Source: Patescibacteria group bacterium (GTDB lineage: Bacteria > Patescibacteriota > Minisyncoccia > Ryanbacterales > GWA2-47-10b). From it: DNA of 64,000 bases. Positions 49,983 to 59,003 of the stretch are shown one piece after another. Position numbers and translations under genes: made by a program. Location: positions 151,699 through 215,698 of the forward strand of contig JBBTSE010000007.1 in assembly GCA_038064855.1 (NCBI GenBank), given 5' to 3'. Numbering within the stretch: the stretch's first letter is position 1; each line of letters begins with the position of its first letter. The notes beneath the pieces are model-generated. The model had not been told where the DNA came from. It did not search any database and saw only the letters and a list, made by a program, of their open reading frames with translations.

Positions 49983-50669
49983 CTACGCTTCCTTCAGAAG
50001 CGGCCAGTCGTATGCCCTGGGAGCCTTGTAGAACTCCTCGAGCATTTCGGCCTGTTCCTGCGTGAGATAGCCCAACCGCACACCAACCTTGAGGACGTTC
50101 GGATAGCTCGTGAGAGAGTAGATACCGCCCAAGTTGAGCGACTCAAACTTCTTCCACATGCTCTCGAAGCACCAGTTGGTGATGGTGATGAACCCGAGCG
50201 TCTTGATATGGAATTCCCAGTCAAGCGCCTCGATTCCCTTGAGGATGGTGTCACCGCTACCACAGAGATCGTCGATGATCACGGCCTTAAGGTTATGTTC
50301 GGGGTTCCCCTCAACCAACTGCCCAACGCCATAGCCCTTCGGCGTACCTCGGATGAAGGCCATGGGGAGCGTCATGCGAGTCGCAATCCGCGCTGCCCAG
50401 GATACCCCGGCCGAAGCCAAGCCGACGACGATCTGCGTTTCCGGAAACTTGAGACGAATGATCGTCTCAATGTACGCTGTGCACGCCTCGTAGGCGAGGT
50501 ACGAGCGGTTGAGGTATCTGCAATTGCAATAGCAGGGAGCCCGAATACCACTCTTCCAGACGAACCAGTCCTCGCGCTTCCTCTGGAAGTCAACGAGATA
50601 TGATTCCGTCTCAAACAGAAGCTGTGCTGTGTGGTCGCCGATTTCCTGATTCCAAACTGTCGTCTTCAT
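49983..50669 (-). CDS. Orotate phosphoribosyltransferase-like type I PRTase
   Basis: WKSGIRAPCYCNCR, FIRG.PKGYG...VEG, PRPP loop IIDDLCGSGDT. Confidence 0.88.
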   Translation of the reverse strand: MKTTVWNQEIGDHTAQLLFETESYLVDFQRKREDWFVWKSGIRAPCYCNCRYLNRSYLAYEACTAYIETIIRLKFPETQIVVGLASAGVSWAARIATRMTLPMAFIRGTPKGYGVGQLVEGNPEHNLKAVIIDDLCGSGDTILKGIEALDWEFHIKTLGFITITNWCFESMWKKFESLNLGGIYSLTSYPNVLKVGVRLGYLTQEQAEMLEEFYKAPRAYDWPLLKEA

Positions 50670-51607
50670 TTCGTTTCTCCTTTCATCTTGTCGAGGTTAA
50701 ACGTGTCCAGCTTTGGAAACGATGGACTTGCGCCCTTTCGTTGGACGCTGTATGCCGCTGCTTTTTGAGCGAAGATCAAACTCTCATTAAGTGAGTAGCC
50801 TTTATGCAAGAATGCGACAAGCGATCCGCAGAAACAGTCACCAGCTCCGGTGGTATCAACCACGCGAGAAACCTTTTGCGCTGTCTGTTTGATCACTCGT
50901 CCGTTTTGTATCGCGACAAGACCGTTTTCGCCAAGTGTGACCACGACGATTTTGTTACCTATTCTTCGCGCCCATTCGAGAGCCACTTGCGCGACTTCGT
51001 CTGGCGACGAGATCGTCCCCGCCATACCTGCGGCTTGCGCCAACTCCAACTCATTGAGTACAAACATGTCTGTTTGCTCAATAAGCTCATGTGGAATCGG
51101 TTGCATAGGTGAGGGATTGAGGATTGTTACTGCTCCCCAACTTTTCACCTTACTGAAGGCGTAACGAATGTGATCGAGAGGGACTTCAAATTGTGAGATG
51201 AGATACCTGACGGCAGAACTCTGTCGCTCCAAGTATCGCTCAATCGTCTTCCGTTGAAGTAATGAATTGCTCCCAGGAATGACAATAATTTGATTGTTGC
51301 CCCCGTCGTCCACAGCGACAATCGCCGTACCAGATGATGATCCTGTTTGCTCAATAGCGTCGACATCCACATCGGCGCTAATCAAATGACTGCGTAGCAG
51401 TTTTCCGAACTCGTCGCCTCCTAGTGCTCCGATTAAGTCTACCGGAACATCCATATTGGCAACTGCAATGGCCTGATTCGCGCCTTTACCACCTGGCATA
51501 AGGTCGCAAGAAAGACCCGTGATCGTTTCTCCTACTATCGGGAATTTTTCAACACGGACAACCACGTCCATGTTGATACTTCCCAGCACACATACTCTGG
51601 AAATCAT
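50666..51607 (-). CDS. rbsK: Ribokinase
   Basis: GSINMD, PGGKGANQA, NELE, DTTGAGDCF; SD GGAGG before ATG 51607. Confidence 0.9.
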   Translation of the reverse strand: MISRVCVLGSINMDVVVRVEKFPIVGETITGLSCDLMPGGKGANQAIAVANMDVPVDLIGALGGDEFGKLLRSHLISADVDVDAIEQTGSSSGTAIVAVDDGGNNQIIVIPGSNSLLQRKTIERYLERQSSAVRYLISQFEVPLDHIRYAFSKVKSWGAVTILNPSPMQPIPHELIEQTDMFVLNELELAQAAGMAGTISSPDEVAQVALEWARRIGNKIVVVTLGENGLVAIQNGRVIKQTAQKVSRVVDTTGAGDCFCGSLVAFLHKGYSLNESLIFAQKAAAYSVQRKGASPSFPKLDTFNLDKMKGETK

Positions 51608-51787
51608 GGCTGTCCTCCGTTTTAGGTTTTCAATGAACACCTCAAAACAATTTTATAATTCGTTCTATAACTAACACAAAAAATAGTTATTGTAAAGAGG
51701 TGTTTTTCAATTGGGAAAAAATTAGCCGTATGCTCCTCCTGCATATTATCCGACAAATTATTAATCAAAAATCAGAAAGTCTAATAT

Positions 51788-51862
51788 TGGAGCCACCTCT
51801 CGGATTTGAACCGAGGACCTTCGCTTTACAAAAGCGTTGCTCTACCACTGAGCTAAGGTGGC
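51788..51862 (-). tRNA. tRNA-Thr(TGT)
   Basis: GCCACCT...loop TTTGTAA...CTCGGTTCAAATCCGAG-AGGTGGC-TCCA. Confidence 0.96.
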
Positions 51863-51873
51863 GTTATTATTTT

Positions 51874-52317
51874 TTAACGGGCGTGGTTGGAAATATCTTT
51901 GCCGTGCGGATCGGTATCACCCAAGATACGGCTTCGAGATACATTACTTACTTTTTTCCATGTATGCATCTGTTTCCAATAGCTTGATTCGCGTGGAATC
52001 ACGCGAAAACGCTCTTGAATCATCATGCGCATCTCTTTGGTCTGCCCCGCCATATGACCCGCGAGTCGCTCAAATAATTTGAGAACGCGGTCAATGAGCT
52101 TGAGAAACAATTCTTTTGCACTCACACGGTACCAGCGATCAAGACGATCGAGCTGATTCACCACATATGAACGCACTACGGCGTTTTCAGGAGACTGTTC
52201 GGGAGCCATGCCTTCCGTCTGGGTAGACACACGAATCTCGTGCAAGTGCCGTAGTGGCACGGCAAGCATACCTACGATTCCAACAAGAAATGCGGCGACA
52301 AGTATCACCATGCCCAT
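51874..52317 (-). CDS. Hypothetical protein with N-terminal TM
   Basis: Fills the gap between tsf and tRNA-Thr on the same strand. Confidence 0.7.
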   Translation of the reverse strand: MGMVILVAAFLVGIVGMLAVPLRHLHEIRVSTQTEGMAPEQSPENAVVRSYVVNQLDRLDRWYRVSAKELFLKLIDRVLKLFERLAGHMAGQTKEMRMMIQERFRVIPRESSYWKQMHTWKKVSNVSRSRILGDTDPHGKDISNHAR

Positions 52318-52326
52318 AGTGTACCT

Positions 52327-52773
52327 CTAGAGCTCGTAGCGGACAAACTGCCCGACTATAATGCGTTCGCCAAAAGATGCTGACGACGCGCTGATGAGAT
52401 CAGCAATAGTCAGTGTAGGATTTTTAACAAAAGGTTGAGCTAAAAGCTCTGCCACTGATGCCGGATTTGTAGCCGCGATATGCATAGCTATTTCATGCGC
52501 AAGTTTTACAAACTCCTCGTTGCGTGAGACAAAATCAGTCTCTGATCGGATCTCGAGCAATACGCCTACGCGCGAACCACTGTGGATATACGCCTCGATG
52601 CGACCCGCATTGGTCTCGCGTGATTCTTTTTTGGCGGCGGCGTCAGCTCCAAGCTTTGTAAGCGCTTCGCGAGCTTTTACCTCGTCGTCACCTGCCTCAA
52701 TAAGCGCTTTGCGAATAAGCGCTACCGATACTCCAGTTTCTTCGCGAAGTTTTTTGAGAAGATCGTTATTCAT
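52327..52773 (-). CDS. tsf: Elongation factor Ts (short form, 148 aa)
   Basis: KLREETG, SETDFVSRN, IAMHIAA, FGERI...FVRYEL. Confidence 0.95.
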   Translation of the reverse strand: MNNDLLKKLREETGVSVALIRKALIEAGDDEVKAREALTKLGADAAAKKESRETNAGRIEAYIHSGSRVGVLLEIRSETDFVSRNEEFVKLAHEIAMHIAATNPASVAELLAQPFVKNPTLTIADLISASSASFGERIIVGQFVRYEL

Positions 52774-53488
52774 GCGCCTCGGCGAGTCCTTTGCGATATG
52801 CCTCGGTTATCTTGTTGATGACAAAATTGATGCTCTTTGTGGCGTTGTCGTTGCCGAGAATCGGATAGGTCACTGATGCCGGATCACAGTCACTGTTGAT
52901 GAGCGCGATAATAGGAACTTTTTTTACCTTTGCCTCTGCGACCGCGATACCTTCCTCGCCCGCGTCGATGACAAACATTGCCTTGGGCATACCATTGAGA
53001 TTCGCCACGCCCTCGAAGTCGCGCGTAAGGCGATCAATCTCGCGCTGGATGCGAAGCTGTTCGTGCTTGGTATATTTTTGGAGTTCGCCTGATTTTTGTT
53101 TTGAGAGTAAATCTTGCCAGTAGTTGATACGATCACGAATGATCTTGTGATTGGTAAGCATGCCGCCAAGCCAACGAGTCGTGACATAGGGATGACCAAG
53201 CGCGAGCGCCGCTGCCCTTACCAAAGGAGCTGCTGCCGGCTTGCTACCTACCCACAACATAGGATGCTTGTCGCGACCGAGCTGCTCTACATACGCGAGT
53301 GCAAGCTCGAGATGATCCCATACCTTGTCGAGCTGGAAAATTTCCATATTGCTCTTTACGCCCGCGATAAAGGGGCGCATACGAGGATGACGGCGTGTGC
53401 GTGCATAGCCAAAATGAACCCCTGCCTTGAGGAGTGGGTCAAATTTTGCGTCGTATCCTTCGCGTTCTGCGGCTGGCGTCGGTTGCAT
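52766..53488 (-). CDS. rpsB: 30S ribosomal protein S2
   Basis: AGVHFG, RWLGGMLTN, GNDNA; start at ATG 53488. Confidence 0.96.
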   Translation of the reverse strand: MQPTPAAEREGYDAKFDPLLKAGVHFGYARTRRHPRMRPFIAGVKSNMEIFQLDKVWDHLELALAYVEQLGRDKHPMLWVGSKPAAAPLVRAAALALGHPYVTTRWLGGMLTNHKIIRDRINYWQDLLSKQKSGELQKYTKHEQLRIQREIDRLTRDFEGVANLNGMPKAMFVIDAGEEGIAVAEAKVKKVPIIALINSDCDPASVTYPILGNDNATKSINFVINKITEAYRKGLAEAHE

Positions 53489-53586
53489 AATGTTCTCCAG
53501 TATACGAAAAGAGTATCGGTTTGGCAAGCCCCTTGCACGGAAAGGACTTTCCTGATATCCTAGCTGGTATTGGCAAAACCTTTTAT

Positions 53587-53826
53587 ATGAAAGCAGATAT
53601 TCACCCACCATACTTCGCCGATGCAATCATCGCTTGCGCGTGCGGAAATAAGATGAAATTTGGATCGACCAAACAGTCGATTGAAGTTGAAATTTGCTCA
53701 CAATGCCACCCCTACTACACCGGTAAAGAAAAGCTTATCGACACTGCCGGTCGTGTAGACAAGTTCAAGAAGCGCCTTACCAAGGTATCTGACAAACCCA
53801 CTCGCCGAGGTAAATCTCGTAAATAA
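53587..53826 (+). CDS. rpmE: 50S ribosomal protein L31
   Basis: [28 protein letters not shown]. Confidence 0.97.
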   Translation: MKADIHPPYFADAIIACACGNKMKFGSTKQSIEVEICSQCHPYYTGKEKLIDTAGRVDKFKKRLTKVSDKPTRRGKSRK

Positions 53827-53834
53827 CATCATCT

Positions 53835-54569
53835 ATGGACGGAGTCATCCTCGAAGTACGCGCAGGCGTCGGGGGCAATGAGGCCGCGCTTTTTGCGGGA
53901 GAACTTGCCTCGATGTATACCAAATACGCCCAGCGACAAGGCTGGCGCGTAGTTTTGATTAGCGAATCAAAAGCTGAAGTAGGCGGCATCAAAGAAGCTA
54001 TCTATGAAATCAAAGGTACCGGCGCACATGCCGCTTTCAAAAACGAGTCAGGCGTACACCGCGTACAGCGTATCCCCAAGACCGAAAAGGCAGGGCGTAT
54101 TCATACATCCACCATCTCTGTCGCCATACTCAAAATGGTAGAAGCACGCGAGGTCGTCATCAACAATGGGGATATTGAAGTAAGTTTCTCACGCGCGGGA
54201 GGCCCCGGCGGACAAAATGTAAACAAAGTAGAGACCGCTGTGCGCCTTACCCATAAGCCTACCGGCATCGTCGTCTCATCACGAGAAGAACGCTCACAGC
54301 TTGCCAACCGTGAACGAGCGATGGATGTCTTGCGTGCAAAACTCTATGAGGCACAACATGTGGGTGCGGCAGGAGAAAGGCAATCAGAGCGCCGAGACCA
54401 GATCGGCACCGCAGACCGATCAGAGAAAATCCGCACCTACAACTTTCCTCAAGACCGCATCACCGATCACCGCATCGGCAAAAAGTGGCACAACATCGAA
54501 AAGATCTTGAGTGGCGACTTTGACCAGATCGTCAAAGCGTTTGCGAAACAATGTCTTGATATTACCTGA
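53835..54569 (+). CDS. prfA: Peptide chain release factor 1, N-terminally truncated
   Basis: [23 protein letters not shown] (PxT), [20 protein letters not shown]. Confidence 0.92.
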   Translation: MDGVILEVRAGVGGNEAALFAGELASMYTKYAQRQGWRVVLISESKAEVGGIKEAIYEIKGTGAHAAFKNESGVHRVQRIPKTEKAGRIHTSTISVAILKMVEAREVVINNGDIEVSFSRAGGPGGQNVNKVETAVRLTHKPTGIVVSSREERSQLANRERAMDVLRAKLYEAQHVGAAGERQSERRDQIGTADRSEKIRTYNFPQDRITDHRIGKKWHNIEKILSGDFDQIVKAFAKQCLDIT

Positions 54570-54637
54570 AGAATGATACCGCTATCCACATCCCAACATT
54601 CTCCACCATCCAGCGGTCTAATCAAGGGCCTATATAA

Positions 54638-55468
54638 TTACTTGAATCGAATGGGAACGATAAATTTTTTTCCGACATCGTCATCCTTCTCTCCTTCGCT
54701 ACTAAATTTTAGATAACCGGTGGGAGTTTCTAAATAACTCATCGTCTCTCTGTCTCCAACCATAGCCTCAAAGGAGGTAGGAAGCTTCAACCAGTCACTT
54801 GTCGCCACTAAAATTTCTGTGTTACTAATCGGTTTATTATTTGCATCATATACCCGTACCGTGCCTACCTCGCCTTCATTCCCAAACCATCCATTGCCAT
54901 TGATGGATCCCTTTACACTAACTGGCAATGCCACCGAATCATTTGGCTGAGGAACGTTTATAATAATCCCCGTAAGTTCGCTATTTTGATTATTGCTTGC
55001 ACACCCATAGAGCTGATTTAATTTCTTGCGTGTTGCGGAGCCAACATAGCCAGTACCGTGTGAAAGACCGTTTGGTGTCAAAATTTCGCTGCGATATTTT
55101 TCTTGGAAACCGACGACTGCTGAGGCGACCTCATCTTCAAAAACTGCTATTCCAAAATTTTCTCCAGTTGAGTAATCAGAAAAGCTATTTCCTTCTTTTG
55201 CCAGAGCTCTTATTAAGTGACCTGTCTCTAAACCCTTATCTCCTACTTTAAGATTTATATTAAAGGTATGGCACCATGCTGTCGGTGATGTCGTGGGAGC
55301 TCCGCCCGTGAGTGAAGACTCGGCGTTAGCGACAACGCTAGCTTCTGCACCAAACGAGCGCAGAAGTCCGAGTATCGCATCAATCTGCTGCTGAGTAAGT
55401 CCTGCCGCAGACGCGGTAGATGCCATCGCAAACAATCCAATAATTGTCCCGAAAATGATTTTTTTCAT
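54638..55468 (-). CDS. Secreted protein with peptidoglycan-binding-like and Ig-like (Gmad2-like) regions
   Basis: Signal peptide; AVVGFQEKY...GTGYVGSATRKKLN; C-terminal GWFGNEG...F; start at ATG 55468. Confidence 0.75.
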   Translation of the reverse strand: MKKIIFGTIIGLFAMASTASAAGLTQQQIDAILGLLRSFGAEASVVANAESSLTGGAPTTSPTAWCHTFNINLKVGDKGLETGHLIRALAKEGNSFSDYSTGENFGIAVFEDEVASAVVGFQEKYRSEILTPNGLSHGTGYVGSATRKKLNQLYGCASNNQNSELTGIIINVPQPNDSVALPVSVKGSINGNGWFGNEGEVGTVRVYDANNKPISNTEILVATSDWLKLPTSFEAMVGDRETMSYLETPTGYLKFSSEGEKDDDVGKKFIVPIRFK

Positions 55469-55518
55469 ATTGGTTTTAGTATAACTCTTCCAAAAAAAAA
55501 TGGGGGGGTTATCCACAG

Positions 55519-55941
55519 CTATTGCGCATCAACCATCTTTCCGTTTTTACGGAAACGATAGGGGCTTTTGTCAGCGGCGTCACCATTGTAGCTCGTACAA
55601 ATCTCCTCACCTTTTTTGATGGGTTTGATAGCAGTAAATATCAACACTTCGTCTTTTTCGCGATACACATACTTGGCATTTGGCGTCCAACTGTGGTTGT
55701 AGATAGACCCAAGCCCGAGGCATATAGCCGCTTTTTTTGAGTCAGTACCCCAATCAAAATAATGATTAAAGAGCTCGGTTTTTTTGATATATTCTTTCTC
55801 AGCCGCTGACATCACAATCACAGGAGCAACCTCAATCACATCGCCTTTTTTGAAATTGCGTTCGGCAATAATCCCCCGCCCGCGATCTTTTGTTTTCTGT
55901 ATACGAATACCAATGCCTTGTACTAAAAGGTTTTTTTTCAT
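55519..55941 (-). CDS. Minimal SET-domain protein
   Basis: GRGIIA, YNHSWTPNA, GEEICTSY. Confidence 0.92.
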   Translation of the reverse strand: MKKNLLVQGIGIRIQKTKDRGRGIIAERNFKKGDVIEVAPVIVMSAAEKEYIKKTELFNHYFDWGTDSKKAAICLGLGSIYNHSWTPNAKYVYREKDEVLIFTAIKPIKKGEEICTSYNGDAADKSPYRFRKNGKMVDAQ

Positions 55942-55953
55942 AAAGAGAGGTTG

Positions 55954-57291
55954 TTAGCGTCCCGCGATACCTTGGATAAGATCGATCTGACTTTGATATT
56001 TCTCAACTTTGGCAAGTACTTGATTGCCGTACGCACGACCCAGTGATGACTTCCAATTGCCACCAGCAAAATATTTTGCGGCCGCCGTATGCTCGCCCGC
56101 GCGCGTGTTCGCGCCAAGCTCGCCCAAATAAATAGCTGACGCCATAAACGCGTCTTCAGGGACCCATGGATTGGGCGGGTTATGGCCGGTTGCCGCCGCA
56201 ATTTTTGATATATAAAGTTCCCATGTCGATGGGATAAATTGTGCGGGCCCCATCGCACCTCCCCATCCGACAGACATCGGGCACGAGAGTGGCATGGTGT
56301 CAGGATTGAGGCCGAGGGCCGCGGTAATACGCAAGTAGGGGGCGTGATCGCGCGCAGGTTTCATGATGGCGCGCCATTTTTTAGCATCAGAGCTTGTAGG
56401 CAAATTACACTGGCCCACATTGCTCCCCAGTGCTGATTCCTGCCCAATAACACCAAGAATAAAGGCCGGGCGTACACCTGTTTTCTTTGAGGCCTTTTCT
56501 GCATATTCGACCGCCTTTTCAAAAGGGATCGAGGGGGAGCCCTGCAACAAAAAGAGTTGAGTACGAATGCTCGCGGCATTCTTTTGCCTGTCGGTAACAA
56601 GTTTTTTGTATTCTGACTCCTTGCCTTTCGTAGCTTTCAAAAGATCTTTGCGCTCACGCTCTTGCGCCTCTAGCTGCTTGCGCTCAAGCTCTTGCAGGGC
56701 GCGAAGCTCGGATTGTTCTTGTTTTTTGTCGACAAACTCGTCGCGGGCGACCTCTTCCTCTTTTTTGGTAGTGCGGAGAATATTAAAAGAATCCTGCAAT
56801 GACTCTTGTACCGTATCAAGCGACTCAATATCACCCAAAAAGTCTGACATTTTCTCATACGCGAGCATCGATTCCAGTAAAGAAACTTCGTCGTATTCAG
56901 CGAGCGTACGCAAACTTTCGGCAAGCGACAACTTCTCACGATCTACTTTTTGGATAATTTCTGTAATATTTTTTTCTTTTTCACTAATCTTACCCTGTAG
57001 TGTCTGAACGGTAAGATTAAAAGCCTTGATCTGAAGCTTTGTTTTGGTTATTTTGGCATCTAAAATATCAATATCGCGTTGAAAACTCGCGGCCTCTTGG
57101 CGCTTGCCCTCTATCTGCACCTCAAACTGTTTGATTTCTCCCTCGATGCCTTCGAGTTCGCGTAACAGCTTGGCACGATGATCGATAACAGCGCCTGAAA
57201 GTTCTTGGGCTCGCGCAAACCATCCGGCTGAAATGATGCCGGTAATTATGAGGAGAACACCGAATAAATATTTATTCTTCACCTGAAGCAT
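55954..57291 (-). CDS. Coiled-coil lytic murein transglycosylase
   Basis: Long coiled coil, then QES, GGAMGPAQFIPSTW, NPW..EDA. Confidence 0.9.
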   Translation of the reverse strand: MLQVKNKYLFGVLLIITGIISAGWFARAQELSGAVIDHRAKLLRELEGIEGEIKQFEVQIEGKRQEAASFQRDIDILDAKITKTKLQIKAFNLTVQTLQGKISEKEKNITEIIQKVDREKLSLAESLRTLAEYDEVSLLESMLAYEKMSDFLGDIESLDTVQESLQDSFNILRTTKKEEEVARDEFVDKKQEQSELRALQELERKQLEAQERERKDLLKATKGKESEYKKLVTDRQKNAASIRTQLFLLQGSPSIPFEKAVEYAEKASKKTGVRPAFILGVIGQESALGSNVGQCNLPTSSDAKKWRAIMKPARDHAPYLRITAALGLNPDTMPLSCPMSVGWGGAMGPAQFIPSTWELYISKIAAATGHNPPNPWVPEDAFMASAIYLGELGANTRAGEHTAAAKYFAGGNWKSSLGRAYGNQVLAKVEKYQSQIDLIQGIAGR

Positions 57292-57940
57292 CTTCTGCCC
57301 CCTCCTCTTCTTTCTTGCCCTTCTTTTCTACTGCAATATCTTCAAGGTTTATACTTACCTGATTTTCAAGAGATGCGAGCTCTTCTTCTGATCGTGGAGG
57401 AACAACCTTAACGATCAAAGCATCGTTATTAGCTATAATCTGTACGCCGCGAGGAGGTTTAATATCTTCTAATGATATAGTATCTGCGAATGTTTGGAGC
57501 AGGCCAAGATCAACTGAAATCTCGTGGGGCAAATCTTTTGGCAATGCTTCAACTTCTATCTCATGCATCACTTTCACTAAAACGCCGCCCAAAGATTTGA
57601 CAGCTTCTGATTCACCGGTAAATGCAATCGGCACATGAACCTTAATGGTTTTGTCAGCTGCCACTTCATGAAAATCAACATGGAGCGGTAAAGATTTTAC
57701 TGGATCAAAAGTAATCTCGTGGATCAACACGCTCTTTTTGCCACCATCTTTGATATCGAGCTCGATCATGCCTGACTCACCGGCATACCGGTATGCCTTG
57801 AGTAACTCTTGAGCGCCTACAGAAAGTGAAGATGGCTCACCTACGCCACCATAGACAATCGCAGGAACAAGGCCTTGCGCACGAAGGTCTTTTACTTTTT
57901 TACCGAAAACGATACGCTTATTAGCAAGTATTTTTTGCAT
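57272..57940 (-). CDS. rplY: 50S ribosomal protein L25/Ctc
   Basis: LRAQGLVPAIVYG, LHVDF, GG.L...E.EVEALP..LP. Confidence 0.95.
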   Translation of the reverse strand: MQKILANKRIVFGKKVKDLRAQGLVPAIVYGGVGEPSSLSVGAQELLKAYRYAGESGMIELDIKDGGKKSVLIHEITFDPVKSLPLHVDFHEVAADKTIKVHVPIAFTGESEAVKSLGGVLVKVMHEIEVEALPKDLPHEISVDLGLLQTFADTISLEDIKPPRGVQIIANNDALIVKVVPPRSEEELASLENQVSINLEDIAVEKKGKKEEEGAEDASGEE

Positions 57941-58010
57941 TCCCCTATAATACCAGAAACCCTAAAAAAATACCAGATACCCTTTGAGAGTAAGCACTTT
58001 TGGGAAGATC

Positions 58011-58991
58011 TTATTTTACAACAATGATATTTGGCGGTACGCGTCCTGCAAGCGCCTCGATGATGTTGTTTGCGGCTGTCTCAGCCATTTTTTGACGCGT
58101 CTCGATAGTAGCTGACGCGATGTGCGGGGTCAGTAGGACATTTTCGAGCTCAAAGAACAGTGGATCAATCTTTGGTTCTTTTTCATAGACATCGAGTGCT
58201 GCGCCTGCAATCGTTTTCTCACGAAGCGCCCGATAGAGAGCTTCTTCTTCGACGATGGGCCCGCGCGCCGTATTGATGAGAAACGCAGTTTTTTTCATCA
58301 TTTTAAACCGAGCATCGTTCATGAGATGTTGGGTGGATTCGAGAAGTGGCACATGAATGCTGACAAAATCAGCCTTGGGAAGAAGCTCTTCAACCGTTGG
58401 CGCAAAAGTGGCGCCATAGTCTTTTTCAAACTGTTCGTTGCGCTTTACATCATAGTAAATAATCTTCATCTCAAAGCCACGGACGGCATGATGAGCAACG
58501 CGCGCGCCGATGCGCCCCAGCCCCACAATGCCCAAGGTTTTACCAAAGACATCAGTGCCCAAGAGCAACATTGGCCCCCACGCTTTATAGAGTCCCTTGC
58601 GCATAAAGCGATCGCCCTCACTCATACGGTGCGCAAGCGCAACGATGAGACCAAAGGTATGCTCGGCAACTGTTTCGGTAAGTACATCGGGAGTATTGGT
58701 GATATACATGCTCCGATCGCGTGCCGCCTGTAAGTTAATATTGTCAAAGCCAACCGCAAAGTTTGCGAAGATCTTACATTGCTTGCCGGCCGCATTAAAT
58801 ACTTCCTCATCTATCTTATTAGTTAAGAGCGACAAAACGGCGTTATATTCTTTGCCAGTGAGTGCCGCTACCAATTCTTCTTTGGTGAGCGGTCCATCTT
58901 TTTCACTCACCGTCACCTCATAACCCTGCTTTTGAAGATTAAGAATCCCCCTGTCAGGTATCTTTTCTGTAATAAATACTTTTGTAGCCAT
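58011..58991 (-). CDS. D-2-hydroxyacid dehydrogenase (D-glycerate/glyoxylate reductase family)
   Basis: VGFDNI, GLGRIG, INTARG, LDVYEKEP, TPHIAS. Confidence 0.93.
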   Translation of the reverse strand: MATKVFITEKIPDRGILNLQKQGYEVTVSEKDGPLTKEELVAALTGKEYNAVLSLLTNKIDEEVFNAAGKQCKIFANFAVGFDNINLQAARDRSMYITNTPDVLTETVAEHTFGLIVALAHRMSEGDRFMRKGLYKAWGPMLLLGTDVFGKTLGIVGLGRIGARVAHHAVRGFEMKIIYYDVKRNEQFEKDYGATFAPTVEELLPKADFVSIHVPLLESTQHLMNDARFKMMKKTAFLINTARGPIVEEEALYRALREKTIAGAALDVYEKEPKIDPLFFELENVLLTPHIASATIETRQKMAETAANNIIEALAGRVPPNIIVVK

Positions 58992-59003
58992 AATAAATAT
59001 ATC

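Larger units (their letters stand above)
48517..51828. mobile_element. tRNA-Thr-integrated genomic islet without an integrase
   Basis: 41-bp direct repeats flank a four-gene operon whose genes carry SD motifs. Confidence 0.85.
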
